A stretch of DNA of 64,000 bases. Origin: the human T2T-CHM13v2.0 reference genome, Homo sapiens. The position numbers and the translations under genes are program-made. The stretch lies in assembly GCF_009914755.1 (NCBI RefSeq), contig NC_060926.1; one strand, 5' to 3'. Shown here piece by piece: positions 1 to 13,320 of this stretch. Every line of letters begins with the position of its first letter. Position 1 is the stretch's first letter. The notes beneath the pieces were generated by a model. It searched no databases. It saw only the letters and a program-made list of their open reading frames with translations, and was not told the origin of the DNA.

Positions 1-114
1 TCCCCTTCACCTGTGGTCTTTTCTTGTTGCTGTTTTGTGGAGTGGTTTCCATCCACCCCCTACTCCCTCGAAATTAGGGTTAAAACGCAATGGCATAAGG
101 CACTGATATAGATT

Positions 115-117
<3 letters not shown>

Positions 118-156
<39 letters not shown>
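118..156. repeat. (CA)n microsatellite
   Basis: About 19 perfect AC units. Confidence 0.95.
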
Positions 157-162
<6 letters not shown>

Positions 163-699
163 TTGTCATAAAGAAAATCATTCCAGTCCTGTGAGTTTGG
201 GATTATATTTTCCCCAGACATTTACTGTGTTTATAGAGAAAAATAAATATCTCTGTAAACATGTGTTGTATTTACAGTGAAAATAAATATCTAAATAAAT
301 ATTAAGCTTTTAAAATTGGAGCACTCGCAGAAGGAAATGCAAATGGATGTGAGCGAGGGCTGCCTCACTTGGGGCGTGCATGCCTGGATTCGCACTGAAT
401 TGGGGTGCGTTTGTCTTTCTTTCCAGCTCGGAGTGCAGAGCCATGCTTCAGGGAGGGGAAATGAACATTTATGGAGCACCCACTATGGGCTCGACACTTT
501 ACAAAGAGAGCTTCATTTTATCACCACCCGGCTCTGGGTGGCAAGGAGTATCTGTGTTACTTTGTAAAGAGGGCAAAGATTGTGGGCACAGCGTTTTCGG
601 AGGATTCTGTTGGTTTCTAGTCTCCTCTGGATGACATCACCAATCTGAAGTCCCTTGCTTGTATCATAACAAAGTGTCCTTTGTTATTTTCTCAGATAG

Positions 700-790
700 A
701 GAAAATAGATGAGGAAACTGCAGCTCAGAGAGGTGAAGCGACTTGTCCAAAATGACAGTTACCAGTTGGGGTAGCTGGATGTTGTTCTCA
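700..790 (-). mobile_element. MIR SINE fragment
   Basis: agatgaggaaactgcagctcagagaggtgaagcgacttgtccaa is the antisense MIR core. Confidence 0.75.
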
Positions 791-1336
791 CCCAGAATGA
801 AAGAGCAAGTTATGGAACAAATCTGTACATGGCTGCTGGTGCTAAGACTTTTCTAAATCCAGGACCAGGGTTAGAAAAGCCAGGAGCTATGGCAGTTGTC
901 AGCACGTGGCACCTCCAGACACAGAAACGAAAGGGTCTGCGGTGGAGTCCTTTTTCCTCTACTCCCTCCGGGAGGGCCTGGCTGCTCACGCATTTACGCC
1001 TCTCTCCAAACACTGGGTCCTTCACTGGAAACTCCTCTGAAGGACAGCAAGCCTCCTGCACCCCGCCAGGAGAGCTCTTTCCTGGAGATCAATCTGCAGA
1101 GAGCAGGCTCATTGTGAGCCATTGTGAGCCAGAGCAGGCTGCAGCTGGGCCTCATCTGTGCATTTGTGTTTTACAAGCAGGCGTCTTGGTGGGAGATGGG
1201 TTTTGCAGATCAGTGTAATATAGAAGCAAACACTTGAGGATGGGAGGGAGAGCACGTTTCTCACTTTAGGGGTTTGCTTCCAGGACTTCCTTTTTTGGAA
1301 GTATGTTCTTTTTCTCTCTCATACACACTTGTGTGT

Positions 1337-1388
1337 ACACACACATACACACACACACACACACACACATACACACATGCACACACAT
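1337..1388. repeat. Imperfect (CA)n microsatellite
   Basis: CA run with TA/TG interruptions. Confidence 0.9.
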
Positions 1389-1889
1389 TCCACCCCACAG
1401 CCTGTTCCTCAGGCTGCAGCTTCCCCAAGGAAGGCGAGTGCCCCGAGCCTGCTCCTAGCTGAGCCTGCGCAAGGCCATCAGCCAGTCTTGTCTGGGTCGA
1501 AAAGGTCTCGTTGGCTGTGTGATGCAACTTGCAGTGAACTGAGGGTGACTGTGGGCGTCACAGCAGCGTCTCAGAAGGCCCTGTTCAGCCCTGTCTGGGA
1601 CCTGTATATAACGGAACTCAGTCTCACCTCTGCAGAATAGGAATGGCGGTGCCCATCTTCCTCTTTCTTGTGGCTACTCTGAGGGTTAAGTGAAGTCATC
1701 GATGAAAATACGCTTTAGAAATGAGGTTTGTACAGCGAGTGTAAAGGCAGGCTGTTTTTCTAACTGGTGTCCAAGCCAGGTGTGGACCTGCAGTAAAATG
1801 CAAATGACCCTGTTATGTGGACAGGGGCCATTGTGACAGTGAGCTTTGTTAGGATTGCTGCATCACCCACAAGCCTGTTACTGCTGAGC

Positions 1890-2003
1890 CCCAACTCCAG
1901 CTTCTGATTCCAAGGGCCTGGGAAGGTGCGGAGGATTTGCGTCTCTAGCAGGCTCCCAGGACATGCAGAGGCTGCCGGCCGGGGGCCACACTGGGAACTG
2001 CTG
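1890..2003. mobile_element. MER5-type hAT-Charlie DNA transposon fragment
   Basis: ttctgattcc...gatttgcgtctctagcaggctcccagg...ccacactgggaactgctg resembles MER5A. Confidence 0.55.
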
Positions 2004-2207
2004 GGGAAAGTTTGCTTTACTTTGAGTTCTGAGGCAGGCAAGGCAGAAGAGGCAGAATCTCCTGGGGGTGGGAGGGTGGTTACAAAATGAGGCCCCAGCT
2101 TGTTTGCAGCCCCCATTGCCTCTTGAATGGTGGATATCCTGGCTGCCTTGCTCTTTTCCCTTCCGGCTCTTTCTTGTTCCTTCTTTAACAGAATATATCC
2201 CTTAAAC

Positions 2208-2362
2208 CAGTGCTTCCCAAACTTCAGTGTGCAAAAGAATCAGCCCAGGATCCTGCTAAACTGCCAGCTTCTGAATCCACAGGTCCAGGATGGGGTCTGG
2301 GAGTCTTCATTTTAAACACACACCAGGTGATGGCCACTGCTGCAGCTGCTGAGAAGCAAGGA
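2208..2362. mobile_element. MER5-type hAT-Charlie DNA transposon
   Basis: cagtgcttcccaaacttcagtgtgca...gaatca...ccaggtgat...tgagaagcaag. Confidence 0.65.
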
Positions 2363-3952
2363 CCAAAACAGGCAGTTTCCAAATAGTAAAGTCACTTCTG
2401 TTTTGCAAACTCAGATGGCATTTTCTCCATGAAGCTCTCATTACCTAGCTTGGTGACCCTGTGCATAGGATCTGAGAACTCGCTGCCTTGGTTTCCCTTC
2501 TGCACCCTAGCGATGTTAACCCTTGGCCCTATGAGGGTTCTGTGGAAGAAACAAGATGAGGGGACAACACCCAGTTCCTTTTAGGCTCTAGATAAACATT
2601 ATTTGCTGTCTTCTTCTGTCTTTTACTTTCACAGCCCCTGGGTAAAATAGACAAGGGATGTGCGTGGAGACGGACATTGTATCCAAAAATCGGAGGTCAG
2701 TGATGTTGAGCGGTTTGCTCAGGATGGTAGAGGCGGCTCTGGAGGTGGCCCCACATCTGCTGACTTCCATGTTCAGGTTCAGAGTTGTGGGTTCAGATTT
2801 CAGAATGCGGATCCATCAGAGAATCTGTCTGGTCACTCACTTTCCTTTGCACTTTTCAAGAATTTGATCCTTTTTCTTTTTAAGAGGGAGAACAGAGCCC
2901 TCTTGGCTGGCAGGTGTAAATCTTCACTTTGGGGTTTGTTTGTACCAGGGTATGTTCTTTCTCACACACCCACATACTTACCCTCGCCCCCACTTGCATA
3001 GGTAAACAGCTTTTAAATGTGTATTTTCTTTCAAAATAAAGCCACTTAAGCTTTACCAAAATGCACTGCTGACATGGAATTCACATTTGGCAAACCCCTG
3101 CCATCCGTGTTTTACTGAGTGCAGACTATTGTAAATTAAGGGAAGTCACTGTGTGTGTGTTTTTTTCTTCCAGACTGTTATGGAAGCAGAGCTGGTCCTA
3201 AGTAAAAGATAAATTATGGCGGGATCTAAAGAGGCATCATTTAAAAAGTGTCAGGATACAATTGGGTTCTTAAAAACCATGCAGAGCTGCTAAATTCACA
3301 TGAAAATTGAGTGGAGCTGGATTGCCTGGGGTGACAGCGTCCTTGGCATTGATTTATCCCATCTGTTTGGCCGGCCCATATGACTTGAGGCCTCTGGTGG
3401 AGAGGCGGCTTCCGCTGGGCCGGTGCTGCTCCGTGGCCTCTGCAGGTCTTCCTGGCCCCAGCCCCCAGCCAGGCCACTGGGGAGCATGAACAGGTCCAGG
3501 GGTCTTCATAGACCACTAGGAGAAAGACACCAATGAAAGGCAACATCCACGGAGTGCACATCCTGTTTCTTATTATTTGTGATAGAATCCTTGCAATATC
3601 GTCTTAAAGAATGATTCTGGACTGAATCTAACCACTTCCCCCTTGTTGAGCTTTTAGATTAGATTACCTACAATTGTTTGGTATTAGAAGTTCTACTGTG
3701 ATTAAAATCTCTGTTCCAGTGCTGTTTACCACTTAGATTTTTACCCTGGAGTAGATTAAGGAGGTGAGATTACTGACAAAGAGTAACTGTTTCCAGCAAG
3801 GTTCTTCACAACACTCTTTTCAGCATTGGGTATTCTCATTTTTAAACATATACTTGTAATTTTTTAGGTAGAAAATCGTATTAATTTGCAGGAAATTCAG
3901 ATTTGTTGTGCCTTTTTTTTAATAAAAAGAGTGTTGTGGAGACTCAATTTGG

Positions 3953-4201
3953 CAGTTGCGTGCTGGAGCCAGCTCATACCAGCTAACACCAGCTTGTGAG
4001 AGCTGGTTCTACGCATCTCTCCCAAACTATATGCTCAGTGTCTTCTCCTTGGTACCTTGAAATCAGCCACAGTGAGAGCATTTACACCATGGAAATTGGC
4101 ACATGCTACAAGCCATTGACACCCACCCCCCCCCACCCCCAACCCCTTGCCCCATTGCTTCCCCCAAAAGCTGGTTGTTAACATGTGTCAGCATACCACT
4201 G
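3953..4201 (+). mobile_element. MER63-type hAT-Blackjack DNA transposon
   Basis: Termini cagttgcgtgctggagccagctc and ggttgttaacatgtgtcagcataccactg; internal ttgaaatcagcc...tttacaccatggaaattggca. Confidence 0.7.
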
Positions 4202-5041
4202 CAGCTATTTAACAACCGGCTATAGAGGACTTGCTGGGAAAACACACAATAATAAGAAAAGCCTAGGGTCCAGTGAGAGAAGAAGCAATGGTGGTTAATA
4301 TTATAATAATTGACACTCTGTGGCCAAGGGCTGTATCTTTGCAGTACTCATCGGGTGTAGTGGGAGGGGAAACAGTCCCTTCAAGGTTTGAGTATTTCAG
4401 GAAGGCTTTGCAGGAGAATTAGAGCTCCAGCCAGATTCCCCAGAGTGTGCAAAATAAGGAGGGAAGGGGGAATGAAGGCTGGAGGTATGGTGTGCTCATG
4501 GGGGTGTCAGGAGGCACTCATTCCTTGTTGTAGATGATGGCCAAAATAAAAATTCCAGCTGGTGCTGTGAACCTGAACTTTGACATTAGCCAGAGCCCTC
4601 CAGAGGCTGTGCTGCCCCTCGCCGGGTCCCTCCTGGGTGATGGCCATGATAGCAGGATGCTGTGCACCTCCTGTTCCTGGCATCTGGTTCCTATTTTATT
4701 AGAGGTTGGAGTTCACCCTCAGCAATCTACAGCATGCATGCATTTCAAAGGAAATGCTTAATTAGTCCCCAAGCCTGGGCTTCTTTAGGCTCCCAAGGAG
4801 AAATGAATTTTGTTGCCTTGATGGATTGGGGAGGACAGGTGGAGCTCTCAAGTATGTTTGTAAGTTGCAGAAGTTGTTCATTTGGAGACTGTGGGTGTAA
4901 TAAATGGTATGAGCTGAGGCAGGAGAGGGAAGTGAGACTCAAGTGATGAATGGCAGAGGGGGCATTTATTGAAGCCAGTTCTCCATGGCAGGATTTGGGG
5001 CCAGACAACATGGGGGAATAAACTTTTTTTAATGCAATTCA

Positions 5042-5307
<266 letters not shown>

Positions 5308-7394
5308 TTGCAATTCAGACAGTTTCTTTAAACAGTCCACCAGCCTCTTGATTGTGGGTTCTGGGTGCTAGTGACCCTCCCCCTGAGAGCCCCCAGGCAG
5401 GCCTGGGCCTCACTGAGAGAGACAAAGTCCCACTGTCAGTTCTGACTGACTGTCCCCAGGACCCTCAGCCTTAGATCCCTGGACTTTGGCATAACCACAG
5501 GCAGGTTGGCTAAGGATGCCTGAGAAAAAATAGCCAGGCTCTTGGAGTCAGACTTAGCTCGCTGGTCCTTTATTTCACATCCTGCCTTCATTTCCAGAGC
5601 GGGTACTGTGCAAGGTGGGTGAGTCTCTGTCCACTTGAGATGCAGGGTGACCTACACAACACACAGTAACATCTGGGTGGTGACAGCCAAGTGACAAGCA
5701 GCCTTCCCAAACCCCTTTGTGCTTCCTGCCCTTGGCTGCTGCTGTTCTGCCCCTCTTTCCTGCTGAGCCCAGATGTGTTCCTCCCCAAGGATCCAGAGGG
5801 ATGAAGACCAGGAACTTATGAAGCGGGCGGGTGACTGTGGTGACTTCACATGGGCCAAGAAACTCAGGGGTTCATTGCTGCAGGTGGGCTTTCAGGAAGG
5901 GGAGATTGGGGAGGGGCAGGTGGGCAGTGCAGAGTTTTGGGGGAATATAACAAGCATGGAGTGTGATCCAAGGGTGGGGAGGAGGCTGTCCCCCTCCCCC
6001 AGCTCACCTCATCCCCAGGCATGTGTTTATCCCATGAGGACAGCCATGGGCAGTGGGCATGTATCTAGAAATGGTGCCAAGAGTGACTGGGAGGATGGAG
6101 ACCCCTGAGTTCTGGAACATTCTAGGCCCTTCTGGAAAGAGCATTTGGAACACCAAGCAGTATCCTTACCTGTAGGACACTGAGATGGCTGAATCAGTTA
6201 CTGTAGGTAAAATCATTCATGGATTTATTCTTTCACTCATTCTTCATTCCTTGAGCATGAACCTGTGCCTGCTGTGGGGGCAGCCCAGGACCAGTCTTCA
6301 CCCAGATGCTCGTTCTAAACTCTGCCTGCTCTGGTGGGAAGGCAGGGCCCTGGGCTCTGAGAGCCTGTCGGTCCCTGGCTTTCTGTGACCTCACGAGCTC
6401 TGGGTTTTGGTTTTCTCCCATCAGGAGAACGTCTGCCTGGCACCTCCTGGGTGCAGGACAGGGTCTGTGTGAACATGTGTGAGCCATGGAGCGGCCTGCC
6501 AAGGGAAGTGGCACTGTGACTGAGGAAGGACCCACCTTCCCAGGAGGAGGGACCCACCTTTCCAGGAGGAGGCGCAGCTGTTCTCAACGCCCCCTGCCCG
6601 ATGGAATCCACTGGGGAGCTTTTTAAAACGCTGGTGCCCTGGAGCCACCCCAGAGAGTCTGCTTCTGTACTGGGCTGGGTTTTGGCCTCTCTTGATTCCC
6701 TGGTGTTTCTCCTATGCCTCCAGAGCCTGCGATCTACCAAAGTTGGAAAATAAAGGAGGTGAGGTGGGGGTGGATGATGTCTCTCCCAACTCTATTGGCC
6801 CCTGTGCTTCGGCCTCTGGCCCAGCAGAGAGAAGGGAGGGAGTTTGGCTGGTGTGGGGCAGGGAGGCAGGAAGGACAGAGCGCCTGAGCTGCAGGCTTTC
6901 CCTCAGCCATTAAAGTTTATCGTTGCCACGGACAGTGATTGAAAAAGGCTTTTTGCAGGACTGAAATGTGAGCAATGAAACTTGCCAGTTGGTACCGACA
7001 CAGGGCACTTATCTCATAAAAATATCCTCCAGTGTCAAAAGGTTTCAGTAAATGTGGCTGGAAGTATTAGCAGTCATTTCTGGCAGCCTCAGGCTCCCTT
7101 GGGGCCTGCAGTGAGGGGCTGTAAAAGGGGGCTCTCAGTTCCTGCAAAGAAGAAGGGAGGGAGGGAGAGAAGGAGGAGGGGAGGGGAAGCCCAAACTCAG
7201 CCTACTGCTGTGGGGAAAGTGCTGGAACCTCTACGGGGCGCCCCACAGCATCAGTGGGGGTGCCTGTCCCTGTGCATACTCCAGCTGCTGACTTGGAGGG
7301 TGGGAGAACTGCCTACCAGAGGGGCCAGCGTGCCGACTTCCAGCCAGCCAGGGAGTGAGGTTATGGGTATGTGATCCTGCTTCTGCTGACCTGC

Positions 7395-7480
7395 AAGGAG
7401 GAAATGGAGACTCAGAGAGGTTGGGTGATCTGCCCAAGGTCACCCAGCTGTTAAGTGGCAATGTCAGGATTAGGAAGCTA
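7395..7480 (-). mobile_element. MIR fragment
   Basis: gaggaaatggagactcagagaggttgggtgatctgcccaaggtcacccagct. Confidence 0.75.
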
Positions 7481-9569
7481 AAGCCCTCCTCCTTTCCAGA
7501 CGCTCAGAGCCTGGGATGAGTTCTCTGTGTCTGGGAGCAGGGAGTTGCCAAAGACCAGGCTGACCTGGGCAGGCCTCTGCCCACTGTCCAGTGGCTCCTC
7601 AGGGCTTGGGCTTGGGGCATAGCTCAGGCCCGCATCTGGAGGGCCCTTCAGCAGGAACGAACGTTCTCCAGGAAGGCCTGGGCTTCTCTTGTTCTTGTTA
7701 TTCCATCAGGACCCAATATAGTGCCCAACACACCTTAGCTAATTGTGAAGCAGGTGTTGGCTGTTGCCCTGAGGTTACCAGGGGCTGATTGGGGGAGGGC
7801 TACACTGCCCCCCCCCCGCCCCCACATGGGCCCCAGTGTCCACCCAGGTGGTCAGTGCACTCAGCTTATCCCGTCCCCTGCCCGTCGTTGGGCTCCGGTT
7901 ACCTGCGTAGGCCACCCTTCGCCCAGATGGGGCTGTGCAGTCCCAAGGAGGGCCGGCGCTTCTCGCCAAGATGGCATGCCCTGCTCGCTGTGGGCACAGC
8001 CACCTGAGCCCAGCCTCCTGCCAGCAGCCACACCTACTTGGGGAGCTGGGCCAGGGACCTGGTCTCAGGCAGCACGGTGGGGGGCAGGCAAGGTGTTCAA
8101 TAGGAAGTCAGGGCCCCTGGGGTGACCAGGACTCCTTGACTCTGACTTGAGGGGACAGTGGGAGTAGGATTGGGTGGCCACATCCCTCGAGTGGTTTCCC
8201 CTCTCCCTGCCTGTACCAGCAGGTGGGTGATGAGGCCCACTCCACACATCAGGCCCGGAGCCCAGGGGTGCTGGGTGCAGACCATGGGGTTCACCCTCTC
8301 CTGCCCTGGACTCCAGGCAGGCTGGAAAGGAGTGGAGCACCCAGGGTCCAGATTCAGCTGGCAAGGCTGGCAGCTCAGGAATATGCCTCAGGGTCAGAAA
8401 CTAAGGGGCCAGGTGAGCACCGGGCAGCTCAGGCAAGAGCCCTGTCCCCAGGCTCTAGCTCCAGCGCACTCCCTCTCTTTACACACTGGCCGTGTACAAT
8501 CTCGTCCTCCTTCAAGGTCGCAGCCACCACCCAATGTCTCCCAGAGGACAGCCTCCCACCAAGAGCTGAGCCCCCAGCTCTGGCCTCCTTTCTGTAACTA
8601 GTCTCTGGACACAGCCACTCTGTGTTCCACAGCATCTCAAACTCAGCACTTTCTCGCCCTCAAAACAGGCCTTCTCCCCTGTGTCCCCTCTCATAGTTGA
8701 GGCCACCAGCACCCACCTAAGGTAGTTAGCATCCTTCCTCCAGAATGCTTGACTCGCCCTCCCTGCATCCCCGCGTGGCAGAGTCCTGCTGGCCCTGCAT
8801 CCTGCATTGAGCATGAGTGCACCCCTCCCTCCTTGCCGCCTCTGCCCTTCCCGCCCTGGTAGAGGCCCTCCATCTGTCACCCAGTGGTCACAAGGTAAGA
8901 CCAGTGTCTTAATTCATCCCCTTGTCTGCAGCATCACACACACACCCCACCCTCCACACCAACCTGTCCCTGTCACCCCCTTGCATAAACCTTCCTAATG
9001 TCTCTCCATCACCAGCAGACTTGTGCCCAGCGTCATTACATCAAACAAGCCTAGTCGCAGCCCAGCCCTCACCTGCTGCCTTGCCGCTGATGCTCTGACC
9101 ACACAGGGCTCTCGGAGTCCCAGAAGACTCCACTGCTCCTCATCCCTGTGCCTTTGTGTGTGCCTTCTCAGCCCTCTCCTCGGCTTGGCTTCACCTGTTG
9201 ACGGGTGCCCTGGGTGGTCCTTGAGACCTGGCCCAGCACTTTTTCCTCTGTGCATCTTTAGAGCAGAGGCTGGGCCCGAGATCCTGCTGGAGGTCCGTAA
9301 ACCAGAGAAACTTCCCTGACCTGAAGATGTGGGCTGCACGGTGGAGACTGAACTGGGAGCCTGGAGACTCTGGGGCTCTGGGTGGCAATGGCCTCTCGTA
9401 GGAAGATCCCACAGGGCTCATTTATCCATTACCATGGGGAGTGCGTTTTCTGTAGTCAGGGCTTTTGCTTCTCACGTTATTCAGCCGGGCTGTGTAATGG
9501 GAAAGAACAGTCACCATCTGCATGGCATCTTCCTCGCCAGCCAGTGGGCAGGGCAGGTGGCTGCTTAAG

Positions 9570-9780
9570 GCTGCAAGCTGGAGAATCGCAGACGAGGGTT
9601 CAGATCTTCCTTGACAGTTCCTCACTGTGTGGTCTTGGATGGGTCATGTACTCCTCAAGCCTCTGTTTCCTCAGTGTAAATGGGGGTGGTGATCATAACC
9701 CCCCCAACACACACACACACAGAGTTGAAATGAAGAGCAAATCAACACAGGAATATGAAGTGCCTACAACCGTGCCCGCA
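9570..9780 (+). mobile_element. MIR fragment
   Basis: ctgtgtggtcttgg...gcctctgtttcctcagtgtaaatgggg. Confidence 0.65.
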
Positions 9781-11523
9781 GGGGAACTTGCAGCAGCTTT
9801 TGTCATTGTGTGGTACACTGAGTGCTTCCCACCGGACTGCTGGGCATGGGAAAGCAATCTTACTATCAGGAACGATGCAGCTGTGATGGGTGCTGCCCTC
9901 AAGGGGGAGCCAATTGATCCTTTTTCACCACCTGGTGAAAGCCCCCAGCAGGGGGCTAGACTGTCCTCAGGAGCCCTGGTGTGGACAGCACAGGATGGCC
10001 TCATGCCCACATGGGGCCCTATTATAGGTCATTAAACCTGCCCTTGGCACTGTGGGGTCAGCAGGACTGGTTGATAGTGGGGACTCTTATAGCAGAGGAG
10101 CCATGGCCTGGGGGGCCTGTCACCCAGGGGTGACCCTTCATGCCCTGGTTTGGTGGTCTGTGCACTCAGCCGTGCTTGGCTTTGGCCTGAGTGGGGCTGG
10201 CCATTGGGGAAGGTGCCCAAGACTGTCCAGAGCGTGGCATGGACATGGGTTTCAGGGTGACTCATTTGTGCACACTTGGGTAGAACAAGAGAAGTGGCAT
10301 CCTCGCCTCCCCTCTGGTGGGCAGCTGCATGGGGACCCCTTTCCCAAGCCCCTTGCATATGGAGGCCCCCTCTTCTGAGCACTGGATCTGCTTCCCGTGC
10401 AGACTCATGCTCTAGAGTCATCCACTGTGGGTCCCTCTCAGCACCTGAAAAGGGAAAAGAAGCCTGGGTCCTGGGCTGAGAACTATGAGGCAGGGCCCTG
10501 CAGCCATCTGTGATGTGGGAGAAGGCAGTTTCCCCTTCCTAGGAGGGAAGACACCCCCTGCCCCCCAACAGACCTGGCCACTGCTTGGGCCCCCTGGCTC
10601 CAGCCCCTCCCACCGATGGGCCACACATAGCATGTGCTCTGAAGCTGAAGCTGTGGTTTAGGGGAAACCAATGTTATGGGAACAGCTCCCAGCTCTAGCT
10701 TGTGTCACTCCAGCCTGGAGGCAGATTCAGGGTGGGTGGTTTGGTTTGGGAATCTTATTTTGCCCAGAAAGGAAGGGGGGAGCCAGCCACTAAGGAGAGT
10801 GCTGAATGGCTGATGGCTGGAGGACAGACTGTCTACAGGAGTCAGATGCAGGCTGAGAAGGCTTCACGTTAGTGCCTAGATCACCCCCCGTCTCTGCCTG
10901 TGCCTGGAAAATGGCATCCCTGACCCAGGGTGGGGAATTGGGGTGCAGTGTTGTCTATGGCTTGTGCTTGTGCTGAGGAGTTAACCTCCAGCAGAGAGGC
11001 TGTGAGGCTCCCCCAGTTCCCCGGTCCCCTGAGCCACCAGAAGCCATAGGATTGTGGCATGATTGTTGTCATTCATTGGGAATAAATGCACCCTCCGCCT
11101 TTTGGCTGACGTGGGGAGGGCTTGCTCCTGCCCAAAGTGCTCTTCCTGGTTGGGTCCCACAGAGAGATCACCTGGAGGTGCCTCCCACCTGGTGTTCCCT
11201 GCCTGGCTGGGCCCTGCAGCCTCTTCTCAAATGTGGCCCTACTGTCTCCCTCCCCACCAAGCCCAGCTCCCCTCCCCTGCTGCCCTTCCCTCAGCCACTA
11301 TCTCTGGTCAGCCCTACCCCATGCCAGCTTCCTCCCACTGCACCTGGCTCTGTCCCTTGCTGTGAACTGTCTTTTACAAAGTGCCATCCAGAAGGAAAGA
11401 AATGCTCAAAGGACATTGACTTCATGGCCCCAGACCTGGCAACCTGATGCCCAGAGGTATAAAAATATGCCTCTGTGACTGTGGTTAGATCGTGCACACC
11501 CCCTCATTTATAAACCCACTTTA

Positions 11524-11890
<367 letters not shown>

Positions 11891-13139
11891 CTACAGATTT
11901 ATTCCATAAGGGACCGATGACTGAAGCCATAGCTACAGCTCCTCCGTGTAGGCCCAGCTGGGGGTGGAGTGAGCCTCCGTCCAGCCATAGCTGGGGCTGT
12001 GGGTCCCATTTCCCTCTGGGTCCCCTCCGTTTTCCTGTGCTGTGGTTTCCTCCTTTTAGCTGTCATGTCCCAACCTTGATCCCCCTGGGGCATCTGGTCC
12101 ACCCCTGCCCATGAGGCCTATGTCCATCCCACAACTTATAATGCTAACAAGCCGTTTGGGGCCTCCCGGTGGTCAGCAGGCCTGAGCCAGGGGTGACAGC
12201 AGGGCCCTCAGCCACCTGGTCCCTTGGCACGGTCTGTCAGGGCTTCTTGCCTAATCAAGGGATGCATTTTAATTTATGCAAATGGGGGAGGGATGGTGGC
12301 AGGGAGTCACAGACATCCATCACCCCATTTCCTAGCAGCAGTCATTCATCAGTGGGGCCTTAAAGATAATACACTTTTTGTTTCAGGCAATTACTTAATC
12401 TTGACAAACTCCTGTGTTAAGCAGGGCTATTAGCGGGGTCCATCATTAATCAGCGCAGAACCAAGTGGGTGCTTTTTCTGAACTGCAATCACTCTTGGGG
12501 ACCCGGGGTGGGCCCTTTGCCATCCTCGCCGCCCTAATTACACAAGCAGCATGCTAACAACCAGCATCCCACACGTGTTGCAGGGGCGCCAAGCCACGGG
12601 CAGAAGAGGGGCCCATTTTTAACGCCAGTCAGAATGTTTTCGGAGCCAGGCAGAATGATACATGGGGGTTATTAGCAGCCACCAGGAACACAGCTGGGGA
12701 AACAGATAACTCCCCTCCCCTGGGTCCCTCCCGGACTTGCCTCTGACTTCGCTGGGTACCTGGGCAGCACTTAGATGCCGCTGCATGGCAGACCCATTCT
12801 GTTTTAAGGGGTTACATTTCCTTTTGGAAAGACCACGAATGAAGTGAAAATACCAAGGCTGGCCTTGTGTTTCCTGGAGTTTGTTGGTGCTCCACCTCCT
12901 TACCAGGGCCTGGGTCACAGAGTACTGCTCCCTCCTCCATCACACACCTGTGACCCTTATTACACCAATGCCTGGCCCAGGCTGCCCTGAGGGGGAGTGG
13001 GCACCCAGGAGAACAGGGGATGAGTCGGGCAAAGACTGGGACCTGGGCCTTCCCCCGGCCTCATTTCTTCTTCCTGGTCCAAGAAGAGCTCATACCGCCC
13101 TACCCTACCCCACCCATGTCTGGAATTTCAGAGAAATGG

Positions 13140-13320
13140 GCATGAGGTCTGGCTGTGACACAGATTAGCCATTTGACTGAACCAGGGCAAGTTACTGAAC
13201 GCTCCTGTGCCTCAGTTTCCTCATCTCTAAAGTGGAGATAATAGTAACAATACCTTCATCAATTGCTATGAGGATGAAATGAGTTAACAAATGCAACATG
13301 CTCAGGAAGGCTCCAGTGTG
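13140..13320 (+). mobile_element. MIR
   Basis: gggcaagttactgaacgctcctgtgcctcagtttcctcatctctaaagtggagataatagt. Confidence 0.85.
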
